A stretch of 64,000 bases of DNA from Candidatus Limnocylindrales bacterium. GTDB taxonomy: Bacteria; Moduliflexota; Moduliflexia; Moduliflexales; JAUQPW01. The notes below the pieces were generated by a model. That model had not been told where the DNA came from and did no database searches. It saw only the letters and a list, made by a program, of their open reading frames with translations. Location of the stretch: the NCBI GenBank assembly GCA_035559535.1, contig DATMBG010000029.1:1-64000 (forward strand), given 5' to 3'. This document shows positions 60,918-64,000 of the stretch, in pieces (the stretch's first letter is position 1; each line of letters opens with the position of its first letter). The translations under genes and the position numbers were made by a program.

Positions 60918-62453
60918 CTAAGTTACCCATAATTCCCTATCCAGACTTCGATATTGGATGGCTTCCGAGATATGTTCTGCTCTTATCTCCTCACACCCTT
61001 CCAGGTCTGCAATCGTTCGGGATACTTTTAAAATCCGACTATAAGCTCGGGCGCTTAATCCCAGTTTTGTAATCGCACTTTCCAACAACCGATTGGGGGC
61101 ATCCCCAATCTGGCAGTACTTTTTAAGGTGTTGGGTGGTCATATGGGCATTGCAGTAGATTTTGTCTTTCTTGTATCGGGTCTGTTGAATCTGTCGGGCC
61201 CTTTTAACGCGCTCTTTGATCACTTCAGAGGTTTCCCCGGAGCTCTGGGAGGCCAATTCTTTATATTTGACGGTGGGGACTTCAATATGGATATCGATTC
61301 GATCCAATAGAGGGCCTGAGATCTTAGACATGTAGCGTTGGATCAGGGTTGGGGTACAGGAACATTCCCTGGCAGGGTCCGTATAAAATCCACAGGGACA
61401 GGGATTCATGGAGGCCGCCAGCATGAAGCGGGAGGGATAGGTAATGGAGATGGCAGCTCGAGAAATAGTCACCAGACCGTCTTCAAGGGGTTGTCGGAGT
61501 ACTTCCAAAACATTTCGTTTAAATTCTGGGAGCTCATCCAGAAAAAGAACTCCATTGTGGGCCAGGGAGATCTCGCCAGGACGGGGAGGAACGCTCCCTC
61601 CAACCAGAGCTACATCGGAAATGGAGTGGTGAGGGCTCCGGAAAGGCCGGGTCGCGATAAGGGCCTTTTTATCCGGCAACAGACCGGCTACACTATGAAT
61701 CTTAGTGGTTTCCAGAGCCTCTTCGAAATTCAAGGGGGGTAGAATCGTGGGAATTCTCTTGGCTAGCATCGTTTTCCCTGAGCCCGGAGGACCTATCATC
61801 AAGATATTATGCCCCCCTGCAGCAGCCACTTCTAAGGCTCGCTTGGCATGTTCCTGGCCTTTAACGTCGGAAAAATCCAGTTCATAACGGGAAGATTCCT
61901 GAAATACTTTATCCAGATCTACCTTGAGCGGCTCTATAAGGAGTTGACCGTTGATAAACTGGAGGGTCTGGGCTAAAGTTTTTACCGGATAGACCTGAAT
62001 ACCTTCAACAACAGCGGCTTCACTTGCGTTTGCTTCGGGCAAAAGAATACCACCCAGTCTTTTGTCCCTTGCAGCTAAAGTCATGGGAAGGATTCCCGGA
62101 ACAGGTCTCAAACTTCCATCCAGGGAAAGTTCTCCTACCAGGAGAAGATCTTTTAACTTGTCAGGATTAACAAATCCCATGCAGCTTAACAATCCTATGG
62201 CAATGGGTAAGTCAAAGGCAGACCCCTCTTTCCGAATATCTGCCGGAGCCAGATTGACAATGATCCGATTGACCGGAAAAGCAAATCCACAGTTCGTGAT
62301 GGCCGCTTTAACCCGTTCCCGACTTTCCCGAACAGCTCCGTCAGGTAATCCTACAATGGTAAAGCTTGCCAATCCCAGGCTTAAATCAACTTCTACTTCC
62401 ACCAGATATCCATCGATTCCCATAACGGCACTGCTCAAAACCTTAGACAGCAT
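60918..62453 (-). CDS. comM: ComM/YifB Mg-chelatase-like AAA+ helicase
   Basis: [48 protein letters not shown]. Confidence 0.93.
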   Translation of the reverse strand: MLSKVLSSAVMGIDGYLVEVEVDLSLGLASFTIVGLPDGAVRESRERVKAAITNCGFAFPVNRIIVNLAPADIRKEGSAFDLPIAIGLLSCMGFVNPDKLKDLLLVGELSLDGSLRPVPGILPMTLAARDKRLGGILLPEANASEAAVVEGIQVYPVKTLAQTLQFINGQLLIEPLKVDLDKVFQESSRYELDFSDVKGQEHAKRALEVAAAGGHNILMIGPPGSGKTMLAKRIPTILPPLNFEEALETTKIHSVAGLLPDKKALIATRPFRSPHHSISDVALVGGSVPPRPGEISLAHNGVLFLDELPEFKRNVLEVLRQPLEDGLVTISRAAISITYPSRFMLAASMNPCPCGFYTDPARECSCTPTLIQRYMSKISGPLLDRIDIHIEVPTVKYKELASQSSGETSEVIKERVKRARQIQQTRYKKDKIYCNAHMTTQHLKKYCQIGDAPNRLLESAITKLGLSARAYSRILKVSRTIADLEGCEEIRAEHISEAIQYRSLDRELWVT

Positions 62454-62952
62454 AAGTCTCCCCCCAAATAAAAAGGATTTATTTAAAAGTCGATTACCCT
62501 CGGCAAGTCATCCGGTATAACCAGGAAACTTTTCCCTACAAGCTCGTCCTGAACCTTGAGCTTATCGAATCGTTTCACGGAAAAATTAATCCTCAACTTT
62601 ACCATCTTCTAAAAATTTGGGTTATAGGTCAAGTTCTTTTATACAAAAAGGTATCCGTATCAATTTAGTAGGTGGAAAAAGAACCCTCCCTCATCCTCCC
62701 TCCCCTCCCTTATCTTTACCCACATTTTTCGATTTGGGAGGATGGGCTCAAAACGGTTAGTAGGTCAACCATCCCGGTTGACCCACCTTGCAAAAAGAGG
62801 AATCTTTCCCTCACGAAGGAGATTCAATGCATTTCGCTACTCAAGGGCCACTTAAAAGTTAAGCCAAACTAAGTAAACAAAGTAATAATTCCATAGAGTT
62901 TCTTACCCGATATGCAATTTTTCCCGGTGAAAGGGACAGGGAATTAAAAAAC

Positions 62953-63005
62953 TTGACAAATTTATAAAAACAGAATTATAAAGTAAACTAACCCAATTTG
63001 GGTTA
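62953..63005 (+). promoter_or_regulatory. sigma-70 promoter plus palindromic operator of cytochrome c gene
   Basis: TTGACA-N18-TATAAA then TAACCCAA-T-TTGGGTTA (62989-63005). Confidence 0.5.
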
Positions 63006-63108
63006 CTTTGAGTAAGAGCATGATACCTTACCTTCTCAATGGATTTGGGACGTGGAGAAAGCATTTCCGGAATCTCGGAGAGAGGATAAGGAAAGATAGT
63101 TAGTAGAA

Positions 63109-63666
63109 ATGATAAAGCAAGCCTTGATCGCAATCCTTTTATTTATGGGCTTTATTCTTACTCCATCCCTTATTAATGAAGTTCCTGCCCAGCAATCTGA
63201 CAGTCGGGTGACCCAGGGTTTCCTCATCAATCCGGTTCCTCTGGTTAATATAAAAGGAAAAAATCTTGCTTTAGTGGGTTTAGGTAGTTATATTGTCAAT
63301 GCCCAGGCAGGTTGTAATGATTGTCACACCTGTCCCTCTTATACGCCGGGGCATAATCCCTTCAGCGGTGGAGATGGCCAATACAATGCTTTTAACTATC
63401 TCGCCGGAGGGGTACCCTTTGGGCCTTTCATCGTATCTGCGAATATTACTCCAGACTCAACCGGGAAACCGGCCGGTCTGACCTTCAATCAGTTCAAGCA
63501 AGCCTTACGTACAGGTCAGGATCCAATGGCTCCCGGTAACATACTCCAGGTGATGCCCTGGCCGGTATTCCGTCATATGACGGATCAGGATCTTCGGGCT
63601 ATTTATGAATACTTGAGCGCTATTCCCCATGCAGAACCGGGAACCTGCTCCGGGCCCGGAGAATAG
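63109..63666 (+). CDS. periplasmic monoheme cytochrome c
   Basis: Signal peptide, CNDCH, SANITP, MPW (Met ligand), DLRAIYEYL. Confidence 0.88.
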   Translation: MIKQALIAILLFMGFILTPSLINEVPAQQSDSRVTQGFLINPVPLVNIKGKNLALVGLGSYIVNAQAGCNDCHTCPSYTPGHNPFSGGDGQYNAFNYLAGGVPFGPFIVSANITPDSTGKPAGLTFNQFKQALRTGQDPMAPGNILQVMPWPVFRHMTDQDLRAIYEYLSAIPHAEPGTCSGPGE

Positions 63667-63755
63667 AGGTTTATTTAGATCGACTATTAAGTTGGGAGTC
63701 TGACTGAGAAGCAGGCCCCGAACCGTTTACTATTCAAGAAAAAAGGGAGGCTCTG

Positions 63756-64000
63756 TTGGATACTTCCAGGTTACGTAGGGAGTACAGGTTGGACCGCCTC
63801 AATGAACAGGATTTAGATCCCGATCCCTTTAAACAGTTTAGTAAGTGGTTTCAGCAAGCTCTGGAGGCCCAACTCCTTTTACCCGATGCCATGACGCTGG
63901 CCACCGCAACCCGGGAGGGTAAGCCTTCGGCAAGAATTGTTTTACTGAGAGGTTTTGATGAGCGCGGTTTTGTTTTTTATACCAATTATGAAAGCCAGAA
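63756..64000 (+). CDS. pdxH: pyridoxamine 5'-phosphate oxidase, N-terminal part (not in ORF track)
   Basis: TTG start after GGGAGG; LRREY..DP..QF.KWF..AMTLATA..GKPSARIVLL.GFDERGFVFYTNYES. Confidence 0.9.
   Translation, partial: MDTSRLRREYRLDRLNEQDLDPDPFKQFSKWFQQALEAQLLLPDAMTLATATREGKPSARIVLLRGFDERGFVFYTNYESQ

Overview
64-kb bacterial chromosome segment (probably a diderm, given the PEP-CTERM protein and sigma-54 promoters; taxon not assignable from sequence alone). Left arm: IS transposase start, LarA-like protein, PEP-CTERM protein, a guanidine uptake/hydrolysis operon (ABC transporter, truncated cysteine hydrolase, GdmH-like ureohydrolase) and a Calvin-cycle cluster (red-type, form IE-like cbbLS, cbbX, a CbbR with an extra C-terminal LuxR HTH, phosphoribulokinase, transaldolase). 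Centre (22540-47923, minus strand): an approximately 25-kb capsid-less contractile-tail operon (sheath, tube, chaperone, hub, spike, gp25, baseplate J/I, fibre-like and PASTA-like genes) with no recognisable Afp15-type ATPase, lysis or T6SS membrane genes. It carries a higher-GC approximately 1500-aa putative PD-(D/E)xK nuclease toxin and a 23-residue-repeat helical giant, and lies downstream of three sigma-54 promoter motifs and a pseudo-receiver enhancer-binding protein. This locus is the best candidate for an undescribed system. Right arm: catabolic enzymes, a doubly frameshifted Uma2 pseudogene, a stand-alone diadenylate cyclase, amidase, ComM, cytochrome c and the start of pdxH. Intergenic DNA is rich in palindromic REP/MITE-like repeats. 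All family calls come from visual motif recognition; no database search was run.
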